A stretch of DNA of 63,699 bases, the filler included, from Corallochytrium limacisporum Hawaii (lineage: Eukaryota > Protista > Pluriformea), in the NCBI GenBank assembly GCA_002811645.1. It is 4 parts of 4 records of this genome, joined end to end, with 100 filler letters (N's around TTAATTAATTAA, not from the genome) between each part and the next. Parts side by side here need not be neighbours in the genome. Positions count along the whole stretch, not along the records: positions 1 to 21,018 come from PDIP01000109.1; positions 21,119 to 42,902 come from PDIP01000023.1; 2 more parts are not named here. The stretch is one strand, 5' to 3'. The translations under genes and the position numbers were made by a program. The notes under the pieces are model-generated. The model saw only the letters and a list, made by a program, of their open reading frames with translations, was not told the DNA's origin and searched no databases. Each line of letters starts with the position of its first letter. Positions within the stretch are counted from its first letter, which is position 1. Shown here piece after piece: positions 11,301 to 23,428 of this stretch.

Positions 11301-11407
11301 ACGGCTGCTGTGCTCCCGGTGTCCTCTCTATCATCAATGTCACTGGGCAAGGCGAGTACCAACGGCAAAACAGCCAAGGCGACCACGATCGAACTTGCGA
11401 ACTTCAT
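8396..11407 (-). CDS. Secreted multidomain class-3 lipase with Cys-rich modules and an RTX-like Ca-binding segment
   Basis: Signal peptide MKFASSIVVALAVLPLVLA (ATG at 11407); FIVWKGT, ITGHSLGGA nucleophile elbow, VFGS, DPIP..P..W.H. Late segment GPGGSDEMVGNGGPDRF..VEDFNPAEGD. C-terminal C-x6-C-x5-CC modules. Confidence 0.85.
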   Translation of the reverse strand: MKFASSIVVALAVLPLVLALPSDIDDREDTGSTAAVFFEEAKDNEDAALNVSSPAHQENATHVVLEDLILCDLEIACPDGLICVPLPESEDDTTFCADMTVVSQYDQCGFIEGYGHVWHECADDSDPDVERLECYKGRCFYQSELPVLGEPCDTQYQNELYSDSDGNSKVAAGATVPKSQLPCRDGAFCSSLFSNDPMVGRCVDEAIGADHVLYVSALLSNWVYNPFRGDKYGSVNEWKEDAWGCPQEVRLIEVDREYRWGAAVKYGTSNMPACFIVWKGTTFSSWKNLKDSLSTLPYTDFHDVKSSPGMVRYTNAMINQMTQAYVDFADSGECGAMVITGHSLGGAAASLHAYDLIKRGLLRKNLPHYVHVFGSMKPLRPKPANDGSTISSAYVANGIVHSRWEAFSNASWAKPKWRPTSPDPIPTWPWFWQHVGSQRKIDSVTNDGLKTAHSSENYINSLAKAYPHLIPSSHHCNAIDPKCANRIFLPCDFDDLLDKFWNAPDWNKMLNGECNMLDWVKRIIQSPESYENMVGTALQEFDTAAFPGTTHAKMQGRFSLFVVPWLLSLLHSGGAHVNGVPFNQALKTVFQAPGTGPTCSTGPWHPRSIALPHLWNTSNDIEGPFEPDENGVFMAYPGFRVWIDGYPFSATASLTEAPIVRLDDLKDFVADTIAASAPVTWSSDFRQNLWSMQVSTVHEFGYPTADAVLPASSSFREYRTYANKAPVVSYAEATSPLTMDFSKNTAEWMGMTVQAVCNPLSIAISCDPTIPALDTRHSDAYHWFVNGRAGVEGTPLDDRMVGDDTGNHFLTGPGGSDEMVGNGGPDRFVANGGLAIVEDFNPAEGDSITVIPSAYGIGGKDYLSFYSGLRYEYVNGDYIIQVTGTGQPIVILRNVPQNLNLVHYLNVPGQTCNTNHFGCKNAIYNVDVTESHLACWAKDTDADRSCQNHFDCCDGECIQFSSVHGKQCKGGCRWNMGLCRHDGDCCYDLMCIGGLCADLEHGW

Positions 11408-11589
11408 TCCTATCCTTCTCAGTTGAGTACAACTGGACAATGTGGGTAGGCTTTGGTGATCCTATGAAATCCCAAGCAACTGCAGGTGGTTGTGGTTCCA
11501 TTGGCTTTAAATACCCTTTAGCGACTGCCACCTATGTGTGTTACACAAGACCTAGACATCTCTGATCATCAGGATACAAAACTTAGTGC

Positions 11590-12700
11590 CAAACTGCACT
11601 CCTCTTGTTCCCACTTCGAGGACTTGTCATTGTTATCTATTACCTCCATAACAATAGTGTCAGTTGCGGTGTACAGAGATTGATATGGCTCGAGTGGTTC
11701 GAGGATGACCGATGCGCCTTTCCCCCCACCGCCACCCCGCGGCCGGGTGGTTGGGGGCAGGGGGTTGGGGCGTCTCCTTGGTTTAACTCTGCAGACTACT
11801 TCGGAGTCTTTCACAGCCCCTGAGCCAATCCATCGGTGAATGTCATTCTTCTTCTTCGGTTTGTTCCTTCAGGATGCCTCTGTGCCTCTGCTGAAGATCC
11901 CTTGACAGAGATCCAATGACACGAATAGGCAGGGACGGTGCAGAACAGATCTTTCTGCTTCAGCGTGTTTGTAACGGTTCACTCGGGGACTCTGGCAGCC
12001 GTTTCAGGCTGTAGGGGCTGCTGTATCAGTGTCCCTTCCTTCGGTGGACTGCAGCAGAAGTGTAGGCTGGACTAAGTGCCCCAATTGGTAAAATAACCAT
12101 ACTACGTCAAAAAGGGGTCTCCAAAGCAAGTACAACTGGGCGACAGGAGCGTTACCTGGAGGGCACACGGCTAGTGAGAGTAAAGTAAGTGTGAATGGGT
12201 TGAAAGCGGCTCCCCACCCCGCCGCAACCTCCCTTCCCGGGCGGAAGGTGAGGGATTGCACAGGGCGCGAGCAGACATACAAAGACTGTACCACAAGCGA
12301 TACAAAAGTCGTAGCAAACCAGGACACAAAGAAAAATTCCGCGCCATTATTTTACAAGGGACATATGCCCAATTTGGACTTCACAGTGAGCGCTGTAATA
12401 TTTCCTGACAGATGTCACGTCCTGACACCGCCTTCGATCAAGCAAGGGAATTTCGACTTAATGATTGTCTGAGCACACAACCATCGCTATTCAATACAAA
12501 ACCATAAATTAGAAAAGGAACTGCAACAATAGTGATAGGAATACCAGGGTTATCTAGGCAACACTCACAACCGGCCACATAATCGGTGTACAACAGGTAC
12601 AGCACCCGGACTATCAACGTACTCTACCCGGTTACCAGCAACTACCAAATCTTACAGAGCACCCACCGATCGAATCCATTCTGTAATTTCCGCAGACCTT
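11590..12700 (-). mobile_element. Degenerate Ty3/gypsy RT (and possibly protease) relic
   Basis: PTLLLQSTEGR; PCLFVSLDLCQG..EAS*RNK (cf. FSxLDLxxGY); HRWIGSGAVKDS; EVIDNN (cf. YIDD). A possible protease remnant VAGNRVEYVDSPGA lies near 12600-12650. Confidence 0.5.
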
Positions 12701-13188
12701 CCGGCAAGTTATCAATTGGAATCAATACCTCGCTTTAATGTTTACGCAGCCAATGGGTGGTACAATAGCGTCATTTGGTTCTCTTCCCCCATTCCTATCT
12801 ACCCAGGGATAATGTGTCCACACCACTCGTTCAACAGAAGCGTCGCGGTTGTAATACACCCCCCCCCTCCCTCCCTCCCTCGTCCGCACATTTCTCCTTT
12901 GAAGTGAAGGAGGCCGTCCACCTCCCGGCCCTACGCGTGAGGGCGAACCTTTGGCCCGATGAAGCCCAAAACTCGGTTGCCCTGGACCCGGGAGTGACTC
13001 AGCCATCCACGTGCATGATTTTGATACACGAATTGATCTTTATCAGGTGTGCTTATAGATTTTATTCTGTTAGAAGGATACGGGATATTATGCCCATGTG
13101 TCACAGGGGTGCAGGCGTCCGCAAATTCCTGTAGCAAGTCGATGGAGGATCCGGTTGACGGCTGTATGTGAGTGTGTGGCTTTTTTAC

Positions 13189-15120
13189 TTACTTGCTCGG
13201 ACGACGAGTCTTCAACCACAGGAGCAAACAGAAGAGCATTCTGTAGAAAACGTAGAAGCAAAGGAGGATGCCAATGCCTTCCCATTTGCTTTGGCCGTTA
13301 AGATGGTAAGTGTCGAAAAGTGCGATGACATCGGGATCATCTTCGCGGCCCTCAAAGATCGCAATAACCAATGAGTTCATGCTGTAGAACAGAAGAGAGA
13401 AGTAACGGATCCATGCCAGCCAGTCGGGCATCTCACCCGGTGGGATGAAGTAACCGCAGAACAGGAACATGAATGCAATGCAACTGATGGCCAGTACATT
13501 GGCGGCTGGGAAATTTGGTGCATTGACACTCACAACCAAGCAGAAGGCCTGGGCAGCGAGCTGGGCCACAGTGAGCACAAAGGCAATGAAGAAGAACAGA
13601 CCTGCGCCGTTCAATCCAAGGAGCCAGAATGTGCAAATGCTGTACAGGATGGCAGGAAGGAACTTCACGAGAGGCCACGAAAGAGTGCTGGCCACGGTGT
13701 AGCTAGATACACGGTAGGAGTGGGGGCCGATCTCACGGGTGAGAATCTCACGCTCCTGGAGGAAGATCAGCAGGGCATCCGACTGGGTGAAACTGAACAC
13801 GGCCAATGTAAAGGCCAGGAAACCAGGAACAGTGACGGTGGCAAGTTCTCGGTTGAAAGAATCCCGGTACAAGAGACCCAGAATGATACCATTGGAAATG
13901 GCGATGCCAATGGCGGCAAAGAACAACTCAGGGTTGCGCACAATGTTGAGACCAGCACGTTCGGTAAGGACTCCAATCTCGGTGAACATGTTGTTCGCGT
14001 ACAGGGAACCAGAAGTCTGCAGACTCTTATGGATATCTTTGTCAGCGCTGCCGTTGGTAATCAGCTGCTGCTTGCCGCTGTAGTTGTTCCATCCGTTGTG
14101 GAGCATTTCCATGCTCAGCTTGTCGTTTCCAGCCAAGGCACTCTCGGCGACGTCCAGAACAAACTCGGCCACGTTGACGTGAAGAGGCATTTTGATCTGG
14201 AACTCCCGCAGGAAGTACTCACCGACTTCAGAAGGCTTTCCGGAGTAGATTGTGCGACCCTCACCCAGGAAGGTCATTCTGTCGAACATGGAAATCAGCC
14301 GGGCGCTGGGCTGGTGGATGGTGCAAATCACAATGCGGCCCTGCTTGGCCAGACTGCGGAGCGTGCGGCAAACATGAGCGGCAGTGGAGCTATCCAAACC
14401 ACTGGTGGGCTCATCGAGAATAATGATGTCGGGACGAGCGACAATTTCCACACCAATGGTGACGCGACGGCGCTCACCACCGGACACGCCGCGGTAAAGC
14501 TCGTTTCCGACCCGGGTGTCCCTCGCCTTGTTCAGCTGCAGATCGTCCAGAATCTCCTGAACAATGTCTTCCCTTTCTTCTTGAGTCTTGTTGATCCTCA
14601 GTTTAGCAGCATACATAAGAGTTTCGTAGACAGTGAGCATAGGGAACAATGCGTCGCTCTGCTGCACATAAGCTGCCTGTTCCATAGCCTTGGATATTGT
14701 GGTGGTCTCATTGTTCATTTTGAAGTCGACACTCAAGTTTTCTGTAGGAAGACGGCCACTCACAGCGTCCAACAAAGAAGTCTTACCGGCACCGGAGTGA
14801 CCAAGGATAGCAACCATTTCTTGGGACTCGGCATAACCGCTGATGTCGGAGAGGATCTGCTTCTTGGTTGCCTTCTTCATGCCAGATTCAACGTCGTCCT
14901 TCTTCGCACTTCTGGGCACTTTGACGTCGACAGAGTACGTGAGGTTGTTCCATTCCAGACGACGGACTTTCCCTTCGTGCTCACGTTGTGTTGACAGCAT
15001 ACGATCGTCCATGCTTTCGACGTTGTATATGTCATTGATGCTGGAACGCTGAATCTGATCAATGTCAATTTTGACCTTTTCGGCCCCATTGGGGACGGTT
15101 CCAGTGGTGTTCTCAGTCAT
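13189..15120 (-). CDS. ABCG (White-family) half-size ABC transporter
   Basis: NBD-TMD topology. Walker A GHSGAGKTS, Q-loop YVQQ, signature VSGGERRR, Walker B IILDEPTSGLD, H-loop TIHQP, ~6 TM helices. Likely start is the ATG at 15120. Confidence 0.95.
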   Translation of the reverse strand: MTENTTGTVPNGAEKVKIDIDQIQRSSINDIYNVESMDDRMLSTQREHEGKVRRLEWNNLTYSVDVKVPRSAKKDDVESGMKKATKKQILSDISGYAESQEMVAILGHSGAGKTSLLDAVSGRLPTENLSVDFKMNNETTTISKAMEQAAYVQQSDALFPMLTVYETLMYAAKLRINKTQEEREDIVQEILDDLQLNKARDTRVGNELYRGVSGGERRRVTIGVEIVARPDIIILDEPTSGLDSSTAAHVCRTLRSLAKQGRIVICTIHQPSARLISMFDRMTFLGEGRTIYSGKPSEVGEYFLREFQIKMPLHVNVAEFVLDVAESALAGNDKLSMEMLHNGWNNYSGKQQLITNGSADKDIHKSLQTSGSLYANNMFTEIGVLTERAGLNIVRNPELFFAAIGIAISNGIILGLLYRDSFNRELATVTVPGFLAFTLAVFSFTQSDALLIFLQEREILTREIGPHSYRVSSYTVASTLSWPLVKFLPAILYSICTFWLLGLNGAGLFFFIAFVLTVAQLAAQAFCLVVSVNAPNFPAANVLAISCIAFMFLFCGYFIPPGEMPDWLAWIRYFSLLFYSMNSLVIAIFEGREDDPDVIALFDTYHLNGQSKWEGIGILLCFYVFYRMLFCLLLWLKTRRPSK

Positions 15121-16599
15121 GGTTGTAGAATTATTGCTCTGAGTCTGTACAAAGTACCACCTAGACACTGTGTAGATGTGTCCATGTCGGACCCCTTAAA
15201 TACGTCTAATTGGGTCCATCTCTTCCGACAGGCGAATATTTGCCACTGCAAGAGTCATTTCCCACTTTTAACCACGACGGTCCCGGGCATATGGGCACCC
15301 CCCTGGTGGCCCCTCCCCCCAACCCCAACCCCCGTAAACTCCTTCCAAACAAAGATCGCTTCTTAGGATCAAAAATTTTTACGCACGCAAAAAAATAATA
15401 GAGCTGGTGTTGGGGGGGGGGAGAGAGGTAGGGAGGGAGTGCGTGTGCCCCCACAACCGCACCGTAGTTCCTTTACTCCCTCTTTCCCCCTCCCCCCCCC
15501 CTTCCCTCCAGGGGCCGCCGCCCTGCTATGTCGATCGGTGTGTTTTGAGCACTGCGTCATAACACACGGCCAGGTTTTTTTTTTATCACCATTTTTTCTT
15601 CTCCCTCCCTCCCCCTCCCCNNNNNNNNNNNNNNNNNNNNNNNNNNNNNNNNNNNNNNNNNNNNNNNNNNNNNNNNNNNNNNNNNNNNNNNNNNNNNNNN
15701 NNNNNNNNNNNNNNNNNNNNNNNNNNNNNNNNNNNNNNNNNNNNNNNNNNNNNNNNNNNNNNNNNNNNNNNNNNNNNNNNNNNNNNNNNNNNNNNNNNNN
15801 NNNNNNNNNNNNNNNNNNNNNNNNNNNNNNNNNNNNNNNNNNNNNNNNNNNNNNNNNNNNNNNNNNNNNNNAAAGGAACAAATTAAAAAAAAGGCAAAAA
15901 AGAAGGTCCAAAGTGCCCTCCCTACTATCCTCCGCTTCCTCCCACTTTTCTATCCTTGCTACCTACCTACCTACCCCTCCCTACCCTTAGCTCCCCCCCC
16001 TCCCTCCCTCTCTCGCTCTCCTTTCCTTCTTCTCCCTAACTCACACTCACTCTTTGTCTTGGTGATCGGTGAAAGTGAGCCTTTAAGTGCGAAATTTTTT
16101 CTCCACCGACACCCGCCCTTTCCCCCCCCCCACTCTCTAAGGTATTCTCTCCGCCTCCGACCCTTACTCCGCTCGCGCCTGTTCGGCATTTTCCCGGCCG
16201 CCCCCCCCCTCCTCCCCCCCCATCGCTCCATGCCCGGTAGATAAAACAAAGGCAAACCCGGCCTTTGCCGGGAGAAAAAGCAAAAACAAGGGAATGAGAC
16301 AATGGAGGATGGGGGGGGGGGTTTGGGGGAACATCACNNNNNNNNNNNNNNGGAGGATGGGGGGGGGGTTTGGGCGATCATCACACACACACACAAACTG
16401 CATCATAACAACGGCTAGAAGCAAAAGAAAGAAAGAAGCAAGATCGCCTCGCTGTGTGAGATTGCTGAGAAAAAATTACTACTATCGCACCCAATCGCCC
16501 AGGCTTCCCGCCTGGACGGGTCTGCCAAGCTGACACTGGCCGAGCCGATTTTAACCCCCTTCTTCTACCGGGCACACCCCATGCCCTTCCTCCTCCCTC

Positions 16600-19500
16600 C
16601 TGAAAAACTGCCACAAGAAACTAAGAAGAAGACCATCTGGTACATTTTCTTCCACTGTGCACGTTCCCGGGTCGGTAAAAAATCCTTTTCATTTCATACT
16701 TTGCCGCAACGTAGCTATGACGCTGATTGTGGGTACTCTGGCCTCCCGGCCAGAGGCTCACCCCCCTTGCCGCCGATGGGAGGAATGTTTTCAGATACGC
16801 GCGAAATAGGCGACGTGTACCCTGAGCTGTGAGTGACTGCGTTCCCCCCAATGGGAGTGGCGTCCCAGAATCACAAAACACACTTGGGAGATGACACACA
16901 GACACTCCCTTTCCGCCGGGGGGTTCGGAGTCCGGTTAGTCAACTTCACAAGTTCGGCCATCTTACTCCAACCACAACCAGCCCCCACACATCGCTTTTT
17001 AAATGACCCGCGAGGTCGGTGGGCTCTCATACAATTCGTGCCCGTTGTCAAACTCCTGCTGTTTGGCCAGTCTTTGCGGGGAGCACCAAGCCTTTGAGCA
17101 ACACCAGGCCAGGGCAAATCGTGTGTATTTCTTTGCTACCACCCTGCCGCTAGCATGTTCGTATTCATAGCACGGTACACAAAATATCACTTGTAAACAG
17201 AGCACAAGACGCGCTTCCATCGCCTAGCATCAATCCTCAGCATGTCAAGATTCTTCTCATCCGAATTGTATCAGGTAAGTCATGGGGACATATTTAATGG
17301 GATCTAAACGAGCATGCACACTTACTACCTCTCCTTGCACTGCAACAGCCGTATAGAAGCCTGCAAAAGGAAAGTACGCAGTAAACAGTGAACTATGTAG
17401 GAAAACATTGCATAGCCCAGAATGCCGCCAATTTGCAAAGGTTTCCAAGAGGATGCAGGTGTTTCACTATAGCAAAAATGGACGAAATGGTCTTGCGGTC
17501 GGCAAGGACATCGCCGCGGTGCTTCCTGATGTCCTTGGCCAGTGGTGTGGAAATCGTTGCTCGTCCCGTTGCCCATAACTTTCCTTGCTCGTATATTGAT
17601 ACTACCTGCATTATTGACTCATACCGTACGCTTCTCCAACCACGATGATCAAGTTTTTTTTCCGTGGGACTTGGGTCTGTGGACAGGTCTACTACCAGCG
17701 AACAAATGGAGGGGAGGATACGCAACCGAAACAGTTCGTTTCCCCTGCGCCCGTGGTTATGGGGAAGAGAGAGAGAGAGTGAGAGGGGGAGGGAGAGAGA
17801 GTAGGCCCCCCCCCCTCAAGCCGGAGGGCCGCCCGGGGCCCGAATAAGGCAAGAAAGGGGAGGCTATCGGGCGGGGACTACGAAGGAATTAGAGAGGCGG
17901 CAGTTGAAATTTGCGGCGAAAAAAGAGGAGAAAAAGGGAAGAAAAAAGGCCAAGAAAAGGCCAGAAATAAGGGGAAAAGAAATAAGGAACCCCCCTGGGA
18001 AGGGGATTGTTGTTGTTGATTTGGTTGATGGGCAGGTGTGGCAGTACATTCAGTACTGAACGATGAGCTCTAGGACAAAGAAAGAAAGGGCACAGAGACT
18101 CAGCCACGGGAGCTCTTGGGCAAAAGAGTACATAGGCAAAGGAGCGATAGAGCGGGCTCAGGGGGAGCCAAGAAATGGGACATTTTTCTAGCAAAAGAGT
18201 GAGGGGCGGGGGCGGTGGTGCGATACTAAATGCTCCGCTCCGTGGTGTGGGTGGGTTTTGGGGGTTTTTTCTGCCGCAGTTCAATTTTCATTGGTACTTT
18301 TTTCCTTGTGTTTTCTATTGGTTGTGGGAGGGGAGGGGAGGGGGTGTGGAGGAAATCAGCAAAGGTTTAGCGGGGCCAGGGTTAGGTAAGGGAGCCAGGG
18401 GAAGGACCCTATTTTCTATATATATATCTCTCTCTTTGTTTTTTTCTTTGGTTGACTACGGAGAAGTAATACCACAAACAACAAAGAAGAGAGGGACGAA
18501 CAAAGAAAAAAGAAAAAGGAGAAAAGGAAAATAAGGCAGACGCACTGTAGTAAAGAAAGAAGGGCTCTCCTCCCCCCCCCTACCCCCGCAAAGAGAAAAA
18601 AAAGAAAAGGTCTTGCTTCGGTTTTCACTTGCGGACCGACCGACCACCACCCTCCCTTCTCCACATGGCCTGTCCACCTCTCCCCCTCCTTCCTCCCTCT
18701 CCCTTTTGGCGTTCGCCACGAAGGGTTGCCCGGGAGAGCAGCAGAGCCTTTGAAAAGTTTCGGCTTTTTGGACACCGGGGCAAAAAGTTAAACGAAAAAA
18801 CTGGCCTTGTGGACCAAGGAAATGATTTCCTTCGGGACCAGACAAGTTGAGTTGTCCTTTGGACTCCTTAGGGGAATGCACAGGGGGATTGGCTGGAATG
18901 GCATGGAAAGAATGTCGAGGGCTGGAATGAATTGGTGCAGGACCAGCGGCAGGACCCGTACAGACCCAAAGGAATGTAAGGTACAGCTTGGGCGGGGTGG
19001 ACCAAGCCACTAGAGTTGAAGGAGGAGGATGCACGATACACGAGTAAGAAGGAAATGCTGCAGATGTTGTTGAGAAAAGGAGACTGGGGTTTGTTGCATG
19101 TCTCCTCTTTATCTATCAGGTTCCGCCAAGCACCATGTTCGGACACCTTACGGGTGTTTACCACAGGGCAGAACTTAGTGGCATTTGACGATTTAGCTCT
19201 TCGATGTAGGAGGGCTGGAGGAGCATCTTCAGCCTTCTTGGCTCCATCTATGAACATTTTCGTTACAGCATGTAATACAGGAATCGCCTCGAACATGCAG
19301 AGCTTTGGATTGTGGTTAATTCGTTTACTTCTGCGGCATAGTGGGTCATCAGGCAATGACAAGACGAAGACAGCATGCATGATGACTTAAACCCTTTGCA
19401 TTTTGTCCTTCCGAAGAAAAGTGCGTGCTCAGGCCTAGCCGAGCCTTCTGTCATCAAAATACTCGAGTCCCTTGCGTGCCGGGTCCATCGGTACCTGGGA

Positions 19501-20270
19501 GTCGGTGCTCAAAAGTATTCTTTATATACCAAACTCATACTCTCTTCCCGACAGGGTTTGCAGGGTTTTCCAGTTGTATGTGCCTCCGTCTCAACAGTAC
19601 ACACCACCACCGAGCACCTTGTACATCCGGCTCCTCCTCACACAGACCCACACACTCACTCACACACTCTTGCCTCCTTCCGTACACCACGCCCAGGCTT
19701 GTTTAAATCAAATTCTCGTTGGTCTTTATGCGGACATCGCCTTTTACGGGATTAGTTTCGGTTTAACTTTGCGGACGACGGTATTAATGGGCGCCGCAAC
19801 CCGCGTTGGGTTTAAATAAGCTCCAGGTGGGTTGGGTTTCACTCCCTGGGCTCGTGAGAAACCGAAAGCTGCAGTTTTCCAAAGCTTCCTTCGGGCATTG
19901 TTCCTGAGGGCATCCAACAGGAAAATGAGGCGGGTGCCGGGAGGGCGTGCCGGTGTATTTGGTGATACGCGGTGTGCGATGGTTCGTCATGTCCGCGTAT
20001 TTGGTTTCCTTGTGCAACCGACACGATACGCTGCCTTGTTTCCTGTACTGGTGAACGTCCCGTTAGGTTTGAAACGTTCACAAAAGAGTCCGGACGGCTA
20101 CGAAACGTTTTCCCGCAAACCCCCGGAAGAGATGCGTACTATACTGAACATCCGATAACATACAACAAGAAGCATCACGTACCCCTCGGTACGTGGTGGC
20201 CTGGCCACACATAACCATGGGGATCAAAGCAGTCATCAGGAACGGAACCTGTTGCTGCACATCCAACTGT
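16600..20270 (-). mobile_element. Highly degenerate Ty3/gypsy pol relic (protease-RT-RNaseH)
   Basis: In order on the minus strand: protease-like MTALIP..QAT and FRGFAG (~19950-20270); RT CPVVNTRKVSEHGAWRNLID (~19100); HSFHAIP..FLGPQGQFFRLTFCPGVQKAETFQRL (~18740-18920); DVLADRKTISS..HPLGNLCKL / ILGYAMFSY (~17390-17560); MLRIDAR (~17230); RNase H end YEMKRIFYRPG (~16670). Interrupted by low-complexity DNA at ~17750-18700. Confidence 0.7.
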
Positions 20271-20818
20271 CGCTATGTAGAACACAGCAATTCCAAAGTT
20301 TCCGACGATTGGGGCACATGATGTGGCTTAGCCCAGATGCTGAGGAACTCTGGACACGGCATTCATATCACCGTTTACCTGAGACTTTAGGCGCGAATGG
20401 GTGGTGGTGTGGGAGTCTATTTTCACTAACCCACCAACCCCGCCCCCGAAGCCTCACCCTTGCGGCCTCTCCCTTACCACCACCACCCACCGCCTTTGCT
20501 GTTCCCGTTCCGTTTCAAGGTCCCCTGGCCGATCCGGAGTACTCGAAAATTGATCAGTATGAGGGGAGTCAAATTTCCCAGACCCAGTGGTGAAGACAGG
20601 CGGGAGAGCGGCCGATCATTCCGTGTGGAAGCCTGGAGACTGTTCGTGGTTAGGGACACGGGTATTACTGAAGATTGAAACAAAGTCCACTGGGACAGAA
20701 ATGTTTTGAGGTTTAGGGCAAACTAGATATGTGTAGTAATGACAAAAGAACCTCAGCAAAAGTTTTTCGTTACACAAATAACCAAAAAAAAAGGAAAGAC
20801 CAAGTGGAACAAAGTTTG

Positions 20819-20835
20819 TACCACCCTCTGTCTGG
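20819..20835 (+). repeat. Shared element terminus TA-CCACCCTCTGTCTGG (copy 1)
   Basis: Same terminal sequence as the copies at 42795 and 60783, but a different body follows. Lies about 200 nt before the contig end. Confidence 0.55.
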
Positions 20836-21018
20836 TATGTCAGGGTCAAAACTCCGAAAAACTAGACTCCCGAGGATCTTTTTTAATCTTGATTGTATAA
20901 TAACTTATATTGATTCTATTCTATTTCATTATATTTTGCTCTTTTTAACAATCATGCACAAATATTTAAATAGCTGATTCAAACGAAGAGTCCCTGCTAC
21001 TCTCAAAAAAGGACTATT

Positions 21019-21118
21019 NNNNNNNNNNNNNNNNNNNNNNNNNNNNNNNNNNNNNNNNNNNNTTAATTAATTAANNNNNNNNNNNNNNNNNNNNNNNNNN
21101 NNNNNNNNNNNNNNNNNN
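21019..21118. other. Artificial contig linker N44-TTAATTAATTAA-N44
   Basis: A 100-nt spacer with a palindromic core giving stops in all six frames; identical at three sites. Confidence 0.95.
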
Positions 21119-21154
<36 letters not shown>

Positions 21155-21511
21155 CACTCATTACTCACTTCTCACACACAGGTCCCCTGCCTCGTCCTCC
21201 TCCCCCGTTTCTTCCTCTCTCTCTTTCTTCCCGTCCCCCGACTCTCTTCTGTTTTGTCTCCCCTGTCCCATCCTCTTCCCCTTCTTCTCCTTTTTTATTC
21301 TTTCCCTTTTTTTTTTGCGTTGAATGCATAATTTGCCTGGCTTCTCGTACGGAACCCCCAATCAACCAACCAAAAGAGAAAATAGTGGAGAAATAAACGT
21401 TCCTATGCTTCGTCCGCTTCGCTTTTAGCCAAACATTTTTTTTTTGTCCGTTCGTCTCTCTACGACTTTCCGGGTCCAAATTTTACTTCTTCCCCTGCCT
21501 CACTCACACAC

Positions 21512-21562
21512 TCCTTTCCCTTCAAATGCCGCCCTCCCCGGGAGGCATTTGAAGGGAAAGGA
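21512..21562. repeat. Perfect 19-bp inverted repeat with 13-nt loop
   Basis: tcctttcccttcaaatgcc (21512-21530) is the reverse complement of ggcatttgaagggaaagga (21544-21562). Confidence 0.9.
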
Positions 21563-22599
21563 AGAAGGAGGCCCCCCGGGGGCCCGCCCCGGAAGGGGGG
21601 GGGTGGGGGGAGAGAAGGAATGGAGTCCCGAAACTTNNNNNNNNNNNNNNNNNNNNNNNNNNNNNNNNNNNNNNNNNNNNNNNNNNNNNNNNNNNNNNNN
21701 NNNGGGGGGGAGAGAAGGAAGGGAGTCCCGAAACTTTCTCTCTCTCTCTCTCTTTTGCCCATTTTTGCTCTGCTCGCTGCAAGGCAAGCAGGTGCCCAAG
21801 GAGAAAAAAAATTGCCCCCCCCCAAGAAACTGAAAAAAATATGAATGAGTCGAAGGAAACAGTTCTGAAACTCTCTGCCCTGCCGCGATCCTTGAGATCT
21901 GCCTGCTGCACTTTGTGCCTAGCTCCCATTCCTGGGCCCGGGCTTCCGATGGTCGGCTCCGTTTCCTTCGCGAATTCTTTAGGCAGTAATTCAGTACATA
22001 AATTACGCTCACGTCACGACGGTGCGTCTCCTTGGATGACTCGATCTTCTTGCAATCCTTGCGAAATAAGGAGACTGTCCCTGAGGTTTCGGACACCTTC
22101 AGGATCCAGCCCACGTAGTACAAACTCTACCGCAAATTTATCGCACTTGATTAGTACTGTTGACAGCCAGGTGGCAATAGAGATGAGTGCCGCGGGGGGG
22201 GGAGGGGTGGCCACCTCCACCCTGCCAGCACTGTGTGTGTATGTGTCCGTTCGTGTCCCTACCCTCTCCCTCCCCTGGCTTTCTGCCAATTTTTCCCATA
22301 CTTTCACCGTGGAATTGATGGGCAGGGTTTGACGGAATCAATAGCCTCCGGGGTGGGTCCCCTCCGGGAATAGCTATGGGACCATTGAATTCCCCACCAC
22401 CCGGCGTATACGGGCCGAATAGGGGCCATCAGGCCATTCGTTTTATATATATATATTTTATTTTAGCAAAAATCGTTCAGGAAAATTTTGCTTTTTGGAC
22501 TTGGGTGAGGAAGGGGGGGGGGGGCACTTGCTGCCGTTGTGTATTTACCTTTGTTGGTTGTGCCGAGTGCACACCGGGCATGTGGAAAGCCAGGGCCGG

Positions 22600-23247
22600 C
22601 GGCGGCGGCCGAAATGGTTGAATCACGGCGGAAAGATTGTGCGAACAGCAAAGTTTTTAAGGTACCTTTCCCGACTCTTCAAGCTTGTCCCGAAGGTTCA
22701 CTATACACCCACCAGTCTTGACACTGGGAGGGTATGGTCGGCCAAAACCATGTGGTATCGGTATATCGGGCAATCTTCTGAACCGTCCGCTCGGAAGCTT
22801 GTCCCTGTCGCCAAATGAAGTCATGAAAAGGGCCGTACTTCCGCTCCACTGGCAAAAAAATTCAATACTTTAAGTACTAAGTCCCCAAAGGGAAGCCACT
22901 CATCAAAATTTCGCCCAAATGTTGTGGCTTTTCGTGCCACACTGTTCCACACCGGCGATAATCTCATCTTTTTTCCCCTTGCCCCTCCCCCTCCCTTCCC
23001 TTTGCCCAGAACTTTAATTCCCGGCGATCAAGAGCCCAAACGAAAATTAAAAGGGGCAAAGATCAGAAGAAAAGAGGGGAGTTTGTTTTTTTTGAAAGAT
23101 TATCGAAGGACAAGGACAAATCTCGGGAGTTTTGTTCTTCTTTTTTCCCTTGGCGGGAGCGGGTACGGTGCGGATATAATCAATCGATACAGTTCAATAT
23201 TGTCCTTTTGGGATTATTGCCATGTACCGCAACGTGCCGACACCACC

Positions 23248-23290
<43 letters not shown>

Positions 23291-23391
23291 CGTTGCCCAT
23301 GGCCAGCTGGGCTTTNNNNNNNNNNNNNNNNNNNNNNNNNNNNNNNNNNNNNNNNNNNNNNNNNNNNNNNNNNNNNNNNNNNNTCTCTCTC

Positions 23392-23428
<37 letters not shown>

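Noticed and set aside
21063-21074. TTAATTAATTAA palindromes as biological sites
   Set aside because: Identical N44-flanked 100-nt assembly spacers.
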